A DNA stretch of 64,000 nucleotides from an uncultured delta proteobacterium (GTDB taxonomy: Bacteria > Desulfobacterota > DSM-4660 > Desulfatiglandales > HGW-15), in assembly GCA_963707125.1 (NCBI GenBank), contig CAVPOU010000004.1, forward strand, positions 511,234-575,233, read 5' to 3'. Below the pieces are notes generated by a model, which was not told where the DNA came from, ran no database searches, and worked only from the letters and a program-made list of their open reading frames with translations. The position numbers and the translations under genes are program-made. Below, piece after piece: positions 27,715 through 37,894 of this stretch. Each line of letters starts with the position of its first letter. Positions within the stretch are counted from its first letter, which is position 1.

Positions 27715-29763
27715 GTGAAAAGGAAAGAAATCATCCTCGCTTTGATTCTTGTTGCCGCCACGTGGGCTGTTTACTGGCCGGTGAAGGATCACGAGTTTGT
27801 CAATTTTGATGATGATCTTTACATCACCGAGAACTGGGTTGTTCAGAAGGGTCTCACCAGAGAGAGCGTCGTCTGGGCTTTCACCACCACATTCCCCGCC
27901 TACTGGCACCCGTTGACATGGCTCTCGATCATGGCGGATGTGGAGCTCTTTGGATTGGACCCCGGCCGGCATCACTTGAGCAATGTTTTCCTTCACACGA
28001 TCAATGCGCTGCTCCTCTTTGCCTTACTTCTTCACATGAGCGGGGCGATGTGGCGGAGCTTTTTCGTCGCCCTTGTTTTCGCGTTACACCCTCTTCACGT
28101 GGAATCCGTTGCGTGGGCAACGTCGAGAAAGGACGTATTGAGCACTTTTTTTTTGTTCCTGACGATCTGGGCCTATCACGGCTACACAAAAAAGCAGACT
28201 GTCAAACGGTATCTCCTGGTCCTCATGCCATACGGCCTCAGTCTCATGTCAAAGCCTATGATGGTGACCCTTCCCTTTATTCTTCTCCTTATGGATTTCT
28301 GGCCTCTTAGGAGACTCCATCTTCCGGAGCCTGCATCCCGCAAGAAGAAAAAGGGCAAAAGACCCACTGCAGAAGAAAAACCCGGATCTTCGGCGGTCTC
28401 GCTGGTTCTTGAAAAACTGCCCTTCCTCGGCCTTGCCCTGATATGCACCCTGGCTGTTTCCTTTCTCAGAACGGCAGGGGAGCCATTTCTTGGCTTCGAA
28501 ATGCGACCGTTGACTCTTAGAATGGCCAACGCGCTCGTTTCCTATGTCAGTTATCTCGGGCAAACGATCTGGCCCATGAATCTGGGTGCCTTTTATCCTT
28601 TCCCGAGATCCCTGCCGTCGTGGCAGGTTGCAGGGTCCGCGCTGCTCTTGGCCGTTATTTCCCTGGGAGCAATCCGGTCTGCGTCAAGGCGGCCTTACTT
28701 TTTAGTGGGTTGGCTGTGGTATCTCGTGACGCTTCTCCCGGTCATTGGTTTGGTTCAGTGGGGCTTGTGGCCGGCCATGGCCGACCGTTTCACCTATGTG
28801 CCGCTCATTGGGATTTCCATCATAACCGCCTGGGGGATCCCTGAAATCATAGGGAGATGGAAGCACAAGGAAGTCATCCTAGCCGCGTCGGGCGGGGCGG
28901 CGGCTCTGTACTTTTCGGTCTTCACCTGGTTTCAGCTCTCTCAATGGCAAAACGGTATCACACTTTTCACTCGTACCTTGGAGGTTACGGACAACAACTA
29001 TGTTGCCCACAACAATCTCGGGGCGGCTTTAAAGGATAGAGGGGAGGTGGAGTCCGCCATCCCTCATTTCAGGGAGGCGCTTCGTATATCCCCCCTCAAT
29101 TCGTTCGCTCATGCGAACCTGGGAGATGCCTTGAGGAGTCAGGGCAAATTGAACGAAGCCATCGTTCACTACCAGGAGGCGTTGAAAGCGAGGCCCAATA
29201 ACGAAATTGCGCTCCACAACTTCGGCTTGGCCCTCGCCATGAAGGGAGACTTTGATGAGGCGATTATCCATTTTCAAAAATCGATAAAGGTGTATCCTTA
29301 TAATCCGGAAACCCACTTCAAACTTGGCCTTGCGCTGGCAAGACAGAACAGGATGGATGAAGCGATCGCCTGCTTCTCGGAAGCCATCCGGCTTAAGCCG
29401 GCTTATTATCCTGAAGCTATGTTAAATCTGGGCGTTGCCTTTGATTCTCAGGGTAAACTTGAGGACGCCATTTCTTATTATCAAAAGGGTCTGGAGGTTA
29501 AGGGAGAAGACGCACCTTTACATTACAGCTTGGGCATGGCTCTTGCGAGGAAGGGGGAAATCGATAAAGCTGCCCGCCATTTTTCAGAGGCCATAAGACA
29601 TAAACCTGAATTTGCAGAAGTTCACTACAATTTGGGAATCGCGAATGCAAGATTGGGAAAAACGAGAGAAGCGGCATCGAATTTCTCGGAGGCTCTCCGG
29701 ATTAATCCAGGTTTTGTAGAAGCCAGGAAAAGGCTGGAAACCCTTCAGAGCAACACGTGGTAG
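27715..29763 (+). CDS. GT-C-fold (PMT_2/TMTC-like, DUF1736-type) membrane glycosyltransferase-like protein with C-terminal TPR array
   Basis: GTG start. Acidic first-loop motif FDDDLYITEN, ~10 TM segments, then about 8 TPRs (AHNNLGAAL...AHANLGDAL...YNLGIANARLG). Confidence 0.75.
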   Translation: MKRKEIILALILVAATWAVYWPVKDHEFVNFDDDLYITENWVVQKGLTRESVVWAFTTTFPAYWHPLTWLSIMADVELFGLDPGRHHLSNVFLHTINALLLFALLLHMSGAMWRSFFVALVFALHPLHVESVAWATSRKDVLSTFFLFLTIWAYHGYTKKQTVKRYLLVLMPYGLSLMSKPMMVTLPFILLLMDFWPLRRLHLPEPASRKKKKGKRPTAEEKPGSSAVSLVLEKLPFLGLALICTLAVSFLRTAGEPFLGFEMRPLTLRMANALVSYVSYLGQTIWPMNLGAFYPFPRSLPSWQVAGSALLLAVISLGAIRSASRRPYFLVGWLWYLVTLLPVIGLVQWGLWPAMADRFTYVPLIGISIITAWGIPEIIGRWKHKEVILAASGGAAALYFSVFTWFQLSQWQNGITLFTRTLEVTDNNYVAHNNLGAALKDRGEVESAIPHFREALRISPLNSFAHANLGDALRSQGKLNEAIVHYQEALKARPNNEIALHNFGLALAMKGDFDEAIIHFQKSIKVYPYNPETHFKLGLALARQNRMDEAIACFSEAIRLKPAYYPEAMLNLGVAFDSQGKLEDAISYYQKGLEVKGEDAPLHYSLGMALARKGEIDKAARHFSEAIRHKPEFAEVHYNLGIANARLGKTREAASNFSEALRINPGFVEARKRLETLQSNTW

Positions 29764-29803
29764 GTCGTTGGCGGGGGAGGCAAAGGAGGAGTAGTCGGTC
29801 AAC

Positions 29804-31033
29804 ATGGATGAATTCATACCGTCGGCAAGAAGAGATCTCGAATTCTTTCCGGTCCAGCTTCAGGGCAAGCAGTACGTCCTGATCCGGGATCACCTCGGGC
29901 TGGTCCAGGAGGGGAAAGCCGTTGAGATTCCCCTCTATCAGTTCATGGTGCAGCTGGACGGCACGACCACCATCAGGGATCTCCAGATGGCGCTGATGAG
30001 GCAAAGAGGCGGGATGCTGGTGAGCAGCGACGAGGTGAAAAGCGTCATTGCTCATCTTGACGATTCTTTTTTTCTAGAATCAGAAAAGTTTGAAAAGGCC
30101 AGGAATCGCGTCGTAGAGGAGTTTGTATCCCAGAGCATAAGGCCAAGCTCCCACAGTGGCCGAGCCTACCCTGCTGATCCCAGTGAACTAAAAAGAAAGC
30201 TGAACGAGATCCTGTCCCTTCAGCCCGATTCTAAAAAGCCGGAAGGTGAACTCCTAGCCCTTGTGGCTCCTCACATTGACCTGTCTGTGGGAGGCAGGGT
30301 CTACTCAAGGGCCTATCAGATCCTGAGGGACAGGTCGCCAAAGACCGTGGTTATCCTTGGGACAGGGCACCAAATGGCTCAGGATCTCTTCGCTCTCTCG
30401 GACAAGGACTTCGAAACTCCTCTGGGAGTCGCTGTATGCGACCGGGCATCGGTTGGAAAGCTGAGAGCCGCAGGCAGGACTGCGGTAGCGAAGAATGATT
30501 TTGCTCATCGGGCGGAACATTCCATCGAGTTTCAAGTTTTATTCCTTCAGCACATTCTGCCGAAGGATTCTTTTACCATTGTTCCGGTCCTCTGCGGCAA
30601 TCTGCAAATGACCCTTTCAGAGTATAGCCGTCGAGCTTACAGAGAAAAGGCAGGCGTTTTCCTCGAAGCGCTGAAAGATATTCTTAAGCACCACGGGGAA
30701 GAGACCCTTCTGGTCGCCGGGGTTGATCTCTCACACATCGGCCCAAAATTTGGTCACGAGATGCCGGCACAATATCTCAAAAGACAAAGCGAGGCTCATG
30801 ACAGGGCCTTGCTTAAGGCCCTGACCGCGATGGATGCCGATTCATTCTGGGAGGATTCCGGGAAGGTTAAAGACCAGTACAATGTGTGCGGATTTGCAGC
30901 TCTCGCCTGTCTTCTGGAAGTCCTGCCACTCTGCAAAGGCCACCTCCTTGGATACGAGATGTGGCATGAGGAGGCAACAAGGTCAGCGGTCAGTTATGCC
31001 GCCGTTGCTTTTTCCGAGCAAAAGCAACAGTAA
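29804..31033 (+). CDS. Memo-family (AmmeMemoRadiSam system protein B-like) protein with ~105-aa N-terminal PqqD/RRE-like extension
   Basis: Memo core motifs: GRAYPADPSEL, VAPHIDLSVGG, VVILGTGH, GVDLSHIG. N-terminal pattern: YVLIRD...IPLYQFMVQLDGTTTIRDLQMAL...VKSVIAHLDDSFFL. Confidence 0.75.
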   Translation: MDEFIPSARRDLEFFPVQLQGKQYVLIRDHLGLVQEGKAVEIPLYQFMVQLDGTTTIRDLQMALMRQRGGMLVSSDEVKSVIAHLDDSFFLESEKFEKARNRVVEEFVSQSIRPSSHSGRAYPADPSELKRKLNEILSLQPDSKKPEGELLALVAPHIDLSVGGRVYSRAYQILRDRSPKTVVILGTGHQMAQDLFALSDKDFETPLGVAVCDRASVGKLRAAGRTAVAKNDFAHRAEHSIEFQVLFLQHILPKDSFTIVPVLCGNLQMTLSEYSRRAYREKAGVFLEALKDILKHHGEETLLVAGVDLSHIGPKFGHEMPAQYLKRQSEAHDRALLKALTAMDADSFWEDSGKVKDQYNVCGFAALACLLEVLPLCKGHLLGYEMWHEEATRSAVSYAAVAFSEQKQQ

Positions 31034-31160
31034 GCAGTCCGGAAAACCAGTAAGCAGTAGGCACTAAGCAGTAGGCAGTAAAGGTCAATAAACCCAGCAA
31101 CCCCTTTTCTTTTTTGTGTTTACTGCTTACTGCGTACTGCATACTGCCTACTTCTTGCTT
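31028..31160. repeat. Inverted heptamer arrays: CAGTARG units (31028-31082) facing nTACTGC x4-5 (31118-31160) around a T-rich loop
   Basis: cagtaag/cagtagg/cactaag/cagtagg/cagtaaa are contiguous, and 'tactgc' recurs every 7 nt on the right. The block lies between convergent genes. Confidence 0.85.
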
Positions 31161-31164
31161 CCTC

Positions 31165-31569
31165 CTAGTCTCTTTCACATATTTCGACCAGCACCCCATT
31201 GGTCTCTTTGGGATGAATGAAGGCGATCTTGGCGCCCCCTGCACCCTTTCTCGGCTTCTCGTCGATGAGCCTGACGCCTTTAGCCTTTAACTCAGCCAGC
31301 GCTTCTTCGATGTTTTCGACTCGAAAGGCGATGTGCTGGACTCCCTCTCCTTTAGCCTCGATGTACTTTGCAACAGGGCCGTCCGGATGGGTGGATTGAA
31401 GGAGTTCCACTTCGCTATCCGTGATGGGCAGAAAAGCCACATTCACTTTCTGGTCAGCCACATTTTCAATATCGTGGATCTTGAGGCCCAGAATGTCCGT
31501 ATAGAATTTGCCGGTCTGCTCAATGGACTTTACGGCAATACCGATGTGGTCGATGTGTTTTACTTTCAT
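31165..31569 (-). CDS. mce: Methylmalonyl-CoA epimerase (VOC/glyoxalase fold)
   Basis: MKVKHIDHIGIAVKSIE...GEGVQHIAFRV...GAKIAFIHPK. Confidence 0.8.
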   Translation of the reverse strand: MKVKHIDHIGIAVKSIEQTGKFYTDILGLKIHDIENVADQKVNVAFLPITDSEVELLQSTHPDGPVAKYIEAKGEGVQHIAFRVENIEEALAELKAKGVRLIDEKPRKGAGGAKIAFIHPKETNGVLVEICERD

Positions 31570-31636
31570 GCCAAAATCCTCCCGTGGAGATATTGCGTTA
31601 TTTGAAATCAGGTATTATTCTTTCAACAAGTCTTTA

Positions 31637-31730
31637 GAAGACAGAATACAGTAGATAGTAGACAGTATAAAGAAAAAAGGAAAGCAGGAAATCCATTTTG
31701 TATTCTGTCTCCTGTCTTCTGTATCTACTC
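31637..31730. repeat. Inverted heptamer arrays: ACAGnnn (31637-31668) facing nnnCTGT (31701-31730)
   Basis: acagaat/acagtag/atagtag/acagtat on the left; 'ctgt' every 7 nt on the right. Confidence 0.8.
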
Positions 31731-31747
31731 TTTCACGAGGTTAAGAA

Positions 31748-32052
<305 letters not shown>

Positions 32053-32090
32053 CAAAGAAAAACAACTAAGTATTCGAAATGATAGGCATT

Positions 32091-32471
32091 CTAGGGGGCG
32101 AACTTGTCCGCCTTTTCTATCATTCCATAGAGCATTTTGTTTACTTCATCGTACCTGCTGGACAGATCGCTATGCTTGGCATCATCGAGGTATCCAAAAT
32201 CTTTCGCAAAATCCAACCAAACTTCCGTTTCTCCAGCCTCACCAGCAGCATCAACGATTTTAGCGACGAACATCTTCTGGTATTTTCTTTTCTTCCACGC
32301 CTCGGCAATGTTGGCCGGGACACTCCTTGACGAGCGCCGGATCTGATCAGTGAGTGAATACTTTTCGTCCTTTGGGAAAGGCTTTGTTGTTTCATGGATC
32401 TCCAGAGCCAGCTTGTAAGACAGCTGATAGACTTTGAGATCCCGATAACCCCTGTATGGTTCCTTCGCCAT
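32091..32471 (-). CDS. Four-helix-bundle protein (23S rRNA intervening-sequence protein / TIGR02436-like family)
   Basis: YRDLKVYQLSYKLALEIH...LTDQIRRSSRSVPANIAEAW...AAGEAGETEVWLDFA. Confidence 0.8.
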   Translation of the reverse strand: MAKEPYRGYRDLKVYQLSYKLALEIHETTKPFPKDEKYSLTDQIRRSSRSVPANIAEAWKKRKYQKMFVAKIVDAAGEAGETEVWLDFAKDFGYLDDAKHSDLSSRYDEVNKMLYGMIEKADKFAP

Positions 32472-32480
32472 TTTCCTTGT

Positions 32481-32552
32481 TGCGTACTCCTTTATTTTTT
32501 TCTGCTTACTTTTTCCTCTTTCTGCTTACTCCTTACTGCTTACTGCCTACTG
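32481..32552. repeat. TACTGC/TTACT word array, reverse-complement partner of 31987-32052
   Basis: gcgtactcc...ctgcttact...ctgcttactccttactgcttactgcctactgg. Confidence 0.75.
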
Positions 32553-32555
32553 GTC

Positions 32556-33300
32556 TTATTCGTACCACATAATCCTTCCTGCACCCTCGCTCATGTTTGA
32601 GATTTGCCCTTCGTCGCCCGCCAGGTATAGAGTCTTCCCTTGAACCTGCATGTCGGTCAGGCAATACTTGATCTTCCCGCTTTTGTAAGCCTGGACCAGG
32701 GTCGCCCCCTCTGTCTTGAAGACGATGATACTTCCATCATAGAAAACAACAAAATCCAGCCGGCCTACCAAAGGGTTGTTTGCCACAACCAGAACTTCCT
32801 TTTTCCCGTCATCATCCACATCCATGACAACGACTCGGCTGTTCACAAGATTGGCCGGAGGTTGATCTCCGGGTCTTGTGAACCCCGATCGAATGTAGTT
32901 ATTGGAGCCCCCAAGTTTCTCATCCACCTTGGTCAAAGGGTTCCCCTGGAGGTCCCAGACCATGAGCGGAGCGCTATGCTCCAGATTCGGCTCTCCCAGA
33001 CCAAGGAATTCCAGCTTTCCATCGCGGTCGAAATCATAGAGGGTGAGGGTATAGAGTTGAGCGTTTTTGAGCCCGGGTAGGGCGTCTTTGCGAACCAGTT
33101 TCCCGGCATTATCATAAGTCATCTGCCAGATAGGGCCTTCGAAGAACCTGTCAGTGCCCGAGTCTTGGAATAACACCGAAGATTGGCCTCCGCTCTGGTT
33201 ACGGAGAACGCTGAAATGTCCATTCTGACGATCGAGTTTTCTGGTGAATTTTCCCGTCCACTCCAGGATCGAGCTTTGAGCCCGTGATCCATAGAAATAT
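32556..33300 (-). pseudogene. 5'-truncated FG-GAP/VCBS-repeat protein fragment
   Basis: DFDRDGKLEF and DVDDDGKKEVLVVANN motifs. The upstream part of the ORF (33300-33542) is antisense to the IS ORF and not protein-like. Confidence 0.55.
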
Positions 33301-33309
33301 TGGCATACT

Positions 33310-34200
33310 TGACAGGGAGCAGGTTTTCTCCTATAATCTGAATGCTTATTAAGCATGCAGATAAGGAGGAGCCCATGACAGAGACGCTTTTTAGCTTGGA
33401 ACACAGACGAGAGGCCCTGTACAGGAAGATTGAGGAAACAGGGGATTTCAGGCGAGGAACCATTTCGGTGACGTATCGCAAATGCGGGAAAAAGAACTGT
33501 GCCTGCGCACGAGAAGGGCACCCGGGCCACGGCCCCCAGCATTTATGGAGCACGACCATCAAGGGGAAAAGCTACGCGAAGAGCGTCAAGGTTGGTCCTG
33601 AGCTCAAAAAGTATTTGGACGAGATAAGTAACTATCGGAGCTTTCTGAAGCTCTGCGCTGAAATGGTCGAGGTAAACGAGCGTATATGCGATCTGCGGCC
33701 GGTGCCCGAGGTGAAAGATGACAGGGAGTTGGTCGAGCTCAAAAAAAAATTACACAAACAGTTTATGGAGAAATACAAAGGGAGATAGAGCGAATCGTCA
33801 GCCGCTACTGCAAAGAGAAGAGCGCCACTGGGAGAGTGGACCTAGAATCGTTTGAGATGAACATTCGGTCTGCCATGCACGATATTGGTAGCAAGATGCT
33901 TGAGGGGCTTATAAATGCTGATGGGGGCGATTACGGCGGCAGGACAATCCCCTGTGACAAGGGGCATCAGTACGAGTTCATCGGATATAGGGATAAGAAA
34001 GTGCTTACAGTTTTGGGGCCTGTTACGGTCAAGAGGGCCTATTACTACGATGGGCAATGCCAGCGGGGATGTTGCCCGAAGGATAGCGCTCTTGACATTG
34101 TGGGGACATCTTACAGTTCCGGCGCTCCCCTTCGCGTATTCAGCTAGATCCGTGAAGGAGACTGGGATTGAAACTGTCGTATTGCCATCCTCTCTCGCTT
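33310..34200 (+). mobile_element. Truncated ISKra4-like insertion sequence remnant
   Basis: ORF 33375-33788 follows AAGGAGG and has a Zn-ribbon CGKKNCACAREGHPGHGP. ORF 33836-34147 carries LTVLGPVTVKRAYYYDGQCQRGCCPKDSALD, typical of ISKra4-family transposase N-termini, but ends after 103 aa. Confidence 0.6.
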
Positions 34201-34302
34201 AGAGTCTGTAAGCCTCCATCCTTTCATGGTTGACGAAAAGCATAAAATCCCCTAAGGTTCAGGGTTGTTAAGTACATTCCCAAAGGAAAATTTTTTGCTC
34301 CT

Positions 34303-35520
34303 GTGAAAAAGCCTGCCCTATTTTACGGCTATATCGTTGCAGCCGCTTGCTTTGCCATCCAGGCGACGGGGATCGGCACCCATGTCACCTTCGGCATTTT
34401 TTTCAAGCCTCTCCTCGCCGACTTTGGATGGCCCAGGGCCTCCTTGGCCGGCGCTCATTCCCTGGCTTTTGTCCTTTCCGGCTTCATCGGCATTTTCGTG
34501 GGCAGACTCAATGACAGATTTGGTCCCCGTGTGTTGCTGACGGTTACTGCGCTCTTCTTCGGCGTGGGGCTGTTTCTCATGTCCACTGCAGACAGCCTCT
34601 GGCAGATCTACCTGTTCTACGGCGTAATGGTCGGCATAGGATTGAGTCCTGTGGATGTGATTGCGCTCAGCACTACGGCAAGATGGTTCGTGCGGCGCAG
34701 GGGCATGATGTCCGGCATTGTCAAGGTGGGCACAGGAGCCGGACAATTTATTATCCCCCTTGCATCGAGTATTCTTATCCTGAGCTATGGCTGGCGGACG
34801 TCCTACATCCTCCTGTCTGTCTTCGTCACGCTCATGATCTCTGGGATGGGACAACTGATGCGGCGTGACCCCTCCCAAATGGGACTTCTGCCTGATGGAG
34901 ACACACAGATCGGAACAACAGGGTCTGACTTCGTCGAAAAGGGCATTTCCCTCAGTGAGGCGCTCAGAACGAGCCAGTTCTGGACCATCTGCTTCACCAA
35001 TCTCACGATCGTGTTTTGTCTCATGATCATCATGCTTCATATCACGCCTCATGCCATGGACATCGGCGTCCCTGCAACCACGGCGGCCGGCGTCCTCTCC
35101 ACCATCGCCGGTGCGAGCGTTATCGGGCGATTGTTCATCGGCTTTACCGCTGACCGTGTCGGGTACAGAACCTGCATGATCTGCTGTTTCACGCTCCTGA
35201 TTTCGGCCTTCCTCTGGTTGCAACTGGCGGACAAGCTGTGGATGCTGTACCTTTTTGCTGTCTTCTACGGGATCGGACATGGCGGGCATTTCACCCTGAT
35301 CTCCCCCTTGGTGGCTGAGCACTTTGGAATCCGTTCCCACGGAGTCCTTTTCGGAATCGTCCTATTTGCAGGCACCGTTGGGGGTGCTGCCGGGCCGATT
35401 CTGGCCGGCCACCTTTTCGATATCACCGGAAGCTATGGCGGCGCCTTCTGGATCTGTGTGGCTTTCGGCACCACGGGCTTAGGACTCCTCTTGTCTCTAA
35501 GGCCTAGGAGATCGTTTTGA
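34303..35520 (+). CDS. MFS transporter (oxalate/formate antiporter-like)
   Basis: GTG start, 12 predicted TM segments, MFS signature GRLNDRFGPR. Confidence 0.8.
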   Translation: MKKPALFYGYIVAAACFAIQATGIGTHVTFGIFFKPLLADFGWPRASLAGAHSLAFVLSGFIGIFVGRLNDRFGPRVLLTVTALFFGVGLFLMSTADSLWQIYLFYGVMVGIGLSPVDVIALSTTARWFVRRRGMMSGIVKVGTGAGQFIIPLASSILILSYGWRTSYILLSVFVTLMISGMGQLMRRDPSQMGLLPDGDTQIGTTGSDFVEKGISLSEALRTSQFWTICFTNLTIVFCLMIIMLHITPHAMDIGVPATTAAGVLSTIAGASVIGRLFIGFTADRVGYRTCMICCFTLLISAFLWLQLADKLWMLYLFAVFYGIGHGGHFTLISPLVAEHFGIRSHGVLFGIVLFAGTVGGAAGPILAGHLFDITGSYGGAFWICVAFGTTGLGLLLSLRPRRSF

Positions 35521-35567
35521 ACAAGAACCTGTCTATCAACGATTCATTTAGTGAGAGGTGTGAGGCG

Positions 35568-37730
35568 ATGGCTACCAAGTCCCTCAAAGGCAAGAAGGAA
35601 ACCGTGCCCGGCATTTGCGGCATATGTCCCGGTGGCTGCGGTGTAAACATTGAGCTGGTCGACGGCAAGATCGAGAAAATATCTCCAATCAAAGACCATC
35701 CCATAGGCGTCGTCTGCGTACGAGGTCTCCACGCCAAGGAGATCGTCTATTCCAATGACCGTCTGAAGTTCCCCCTGCGCCGAATCGGCGAAAGGGGCGA
35801 AGGGAGGTTTGAGCGCACGACCTGGGACGATGCCCTGGACCGAATCGCTCATGGGTTTCAGAAGATCAAGAAGGAGTATGGCGCGGAAGCGGTGATGTCC
35901 TATTTCGGACGGGGGAGCTTCGACAACAATTTGCCCGACCTGTTTGGCGCTCGCGGCATGCCTTGTCAGGGGGTTTCCGGATTCCTTTTCCCCTTCGGTT
36001 CGCCCAACGGCACAGGGTGTTCCTCGGTGTGCTACGTTTCCTACGGCATCTTTGCTTCCCTGTCGACCATAGGCGCCGAAATGGAATCGACTTTTGCGGA
36101 TTTCGACAACGCGGACCTCATCGTCCTGTGGGGAGCGAATCCGCCTACCGACTCGCCTCCCAACAGGGTAAAAAAAATCCTCGATGCAAAGAAGCGCGGA
36201 GCCAGGGTGATCGCCATCGATCATATGCGATCGGATAGTGCCAAGATGGCTGATCAGTGGGTTGGCGTGCGTTCCGGAACAGACGGAGCCCTCGCCTTGA
36301 GCATGATGGATGTCATCATCAACGAACGACTGTACGACGAAGATTTCGTGCGGAACTGGACAAAGGGTTTTGAGGAGCTCAGGCAATACGTGCAGCAGTT
36401 CCCACCGGAGAAGGGCGAAACAATCACGCGCGTGCCCAAAGCAGCTATCTCCGCGATGGCTCGAGAGATAGCCGGAGCCAAGGGCGCCTCGCTCGTCATG
36501 TACACGGGACTTGAGTATACCAACAGCGGTGTTCAGAACATCCGATCCGTGCTGAGCCTCTGGACGATCACAGGGAATCTGGACGTTCCAGGAGGATTGG
36601 TGTTCAGGCCGCGCAGCCCGGTGCGGTTCCCACGGGTCGGCCTGGAACCGCCGAAAGGCGTGAAACCCATCGGTGCGGACAAGCATCCTCTCTTCTGCGA
36701 TGTGCTCAAGGCTGCGCAGTTTATGGAAGCGCCCAGAGCGATCCTGAAGGGAGATCCCTATCCTATCAAAGCCCTGCTGGTCCTCGGGGCCTCCATGCTG
36801 ACGAGCCTCCCCAACCCCGAGCTTTTGAAGGAGTGTTTCAGAAAGCTCGATTTTATGGTGGTCTTTGACCGGTTCATGACCGCAGACGCGATGTATGCCG
36901 ACATCATCCTTCCTGCAACGACCAACTTCGAAAACCTGGGGTACCAGAAGTATCCCGGCGGGTACTGCCAACTCCGGCCGAAGGTCATCGAGCCGATCGG
37001 CGAAGCCAGGTCCAGTTTCCAGTTTCTCAGCCAATTGGCCGAGAAACTAGGCTACGGACACCTGTTTCCTGCCACTGAAGAGGAACGGATCCGATTCGCT
37101 TTCAAAGACACTCCTGTATCCCTGGAAAATCTCAAGGCCCATCCGGAAGGCGTCCGATATGATGCAGGCTGCATGGAATACGGAAAGCATGAAAAGGGTC
37201 TTTTGCGCTCAGACGGCAAGGCTGGGTTCAACACGGCCTCCGGCAAAGTCGAGCTGGTATCGAGCATGCTGCAGAAATACGGGTATGATGGGTTGCCCGT
37301 GTACGTGGAGCCCACAGAGGGACCCCTCGGCAGCCCTGAGCTCTACAAGAAATACCCCCTTGTCCTCAACACGGGAGCCAGGCTGCAATCGGCGTTTCGC
37401 TCCCAGCATTTGAACATTCCGGGACTGCTCAAGCTTCAACCCAAGCCGCATGTCCTGATGCACCCTGTAGATGCGAAGGCCAGAGGTCTATCGGACGGGG
37501 ACAAGGTTTGGGTTGAGTCCCCGCGCGGGAAGGTCGGTGTATGGGCCAGGGTCACGGACGACGTCATGACAGGACAGGTGGAGTTGAACGTAGGCGGAGG
37601 GAGTCCGATCCAGGCTGAAGAGTGGCGAGAGGCGAACGCCAACTTCGTCACCGACTTCGAGAACCGCGACCCCATTTCGGGTTTTCCGGTTTACAAAGCC
37701 TTGCTTTGCGACGTGAAAAACCGAGAGTAA
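35568..37730 (+). CDS. Cytoplasmic molybdopterin (bis-MGD) oxidoreductase, DMSO-reductase superfamily
   Basis: ATG 35568 follows GAGAGGTG. N-terminal 4Fe-4S motif CGICPGGCG...C. No twin-arginine signal. Substrate unknown. Confidence 0.8.
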   Translation: MATKSLKGKKETVPGICGICPGGCGVNIELVDGKIEKISPIKDHPIGVVCVRGLHAKEIVYSNDRLKFPLRRIGERGEGRFERTTWDDALDRIAHGFQKIKKEYGAEAVMSYFGRGSFDNNLPDLFGARGMPCQGVSGFLFPFGSPNGTGCSSVCYVSYGIFASLSTIGAEMESTFADFDNADLIVLWGANPPTDSPPNRVKKILDAKKRGARVIAIDHMRSDSAKMADQWVGVRSGTDGALALSMMDVIINERLYDEDFVRNWTKGFEELRQYVQQFPPEKGETITRVPKAAISAMAREIAGAKGASLVMYTGLEYTNSGVQNIRSVLSLWTITGNLDVPGGLVFRPRSPVRFPRVGLEPPKGVKPIGADKHPLFCDVLKAAQFMEAPRAILKGDPYPIKALLVLGASMLTSLPNPELLKECFRKLDFMVVFDRFMTADAMYADIILPATTNFENLGYQKYPGGYCQLRPKVIEPIGEARSSFQFLSQLAEKLGYGHLFPATEEERIRFAFKDTPVSLENLKAHPEGVRYDAGCMEYGKHEKGLLRSDGKAGFNTASGKVELVSSMLQKYGYDGLPVYVEPTEGPLGSPELYKKYPLVLNTGARLQSAFRSQHLNIPGLLKLQPKPHVLMHPVDAKARGLSDGDKVWVESPRGKVGVWARVTDDVMTGQVELNVGGGSPIQAEEWREANANFVTDFENRDPISGFPVYKALLCDVKNRE

Positions 37731-37740
37731 CGACCGGTAG

Positions 37741-37880
37741 GTGTCTCACCGATAACTTACCCAGGCAACTTCCCATCACCCCCACCTCGCCTCCCCCATC
37801 AAGGGGGAGGAAACTATTAGTGGTCGATAAGAATTCCCCCTCCCCTGGTGGGAGGGGTTAGGGGAGGGGGAAGCAAACAG
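37741..37880 (+). repeat. G/C-rich double-hairpin intergenic element (copy 2 of 2, with ~30-bp insertion)
   Basis: Shares GTGTCTCACC, CCTCCCCCATCAAGGGGGAGGAAACTATTAGTGGTCG and GGGAGGGGTTAGGGGAGGGGGAAGCAAA with 20466-20580. Confidence 0.85.
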
Positions 37881-37894
37881 GGATTGGAGAAGTT

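Noticed and set aside
35544-37034. Long antisense ORFs opposite well-supported genes (for example 35544-37034, 34318-35340, 16537-17691, 42748-43860, 45287-46120, 48569-49396, 56747-57562, 58901-59710, 60770-61540, 53727-54461, 40275-40724)
   Set aside because: Their translations are Arg/Gly/His/Pro-rich and low-complexity with no motifs. The opposite strand carries clear family signatures. These are typical shadow ORFs in GC-rich coding DNA.
35568-37730. Periplasmic or selenocysteine-containing molybdoenzyme
   Set aside because: The N-terminus has no twin-arginine motif. The ORF has no in-frame TGA, so there is no sign of Sec recoding.
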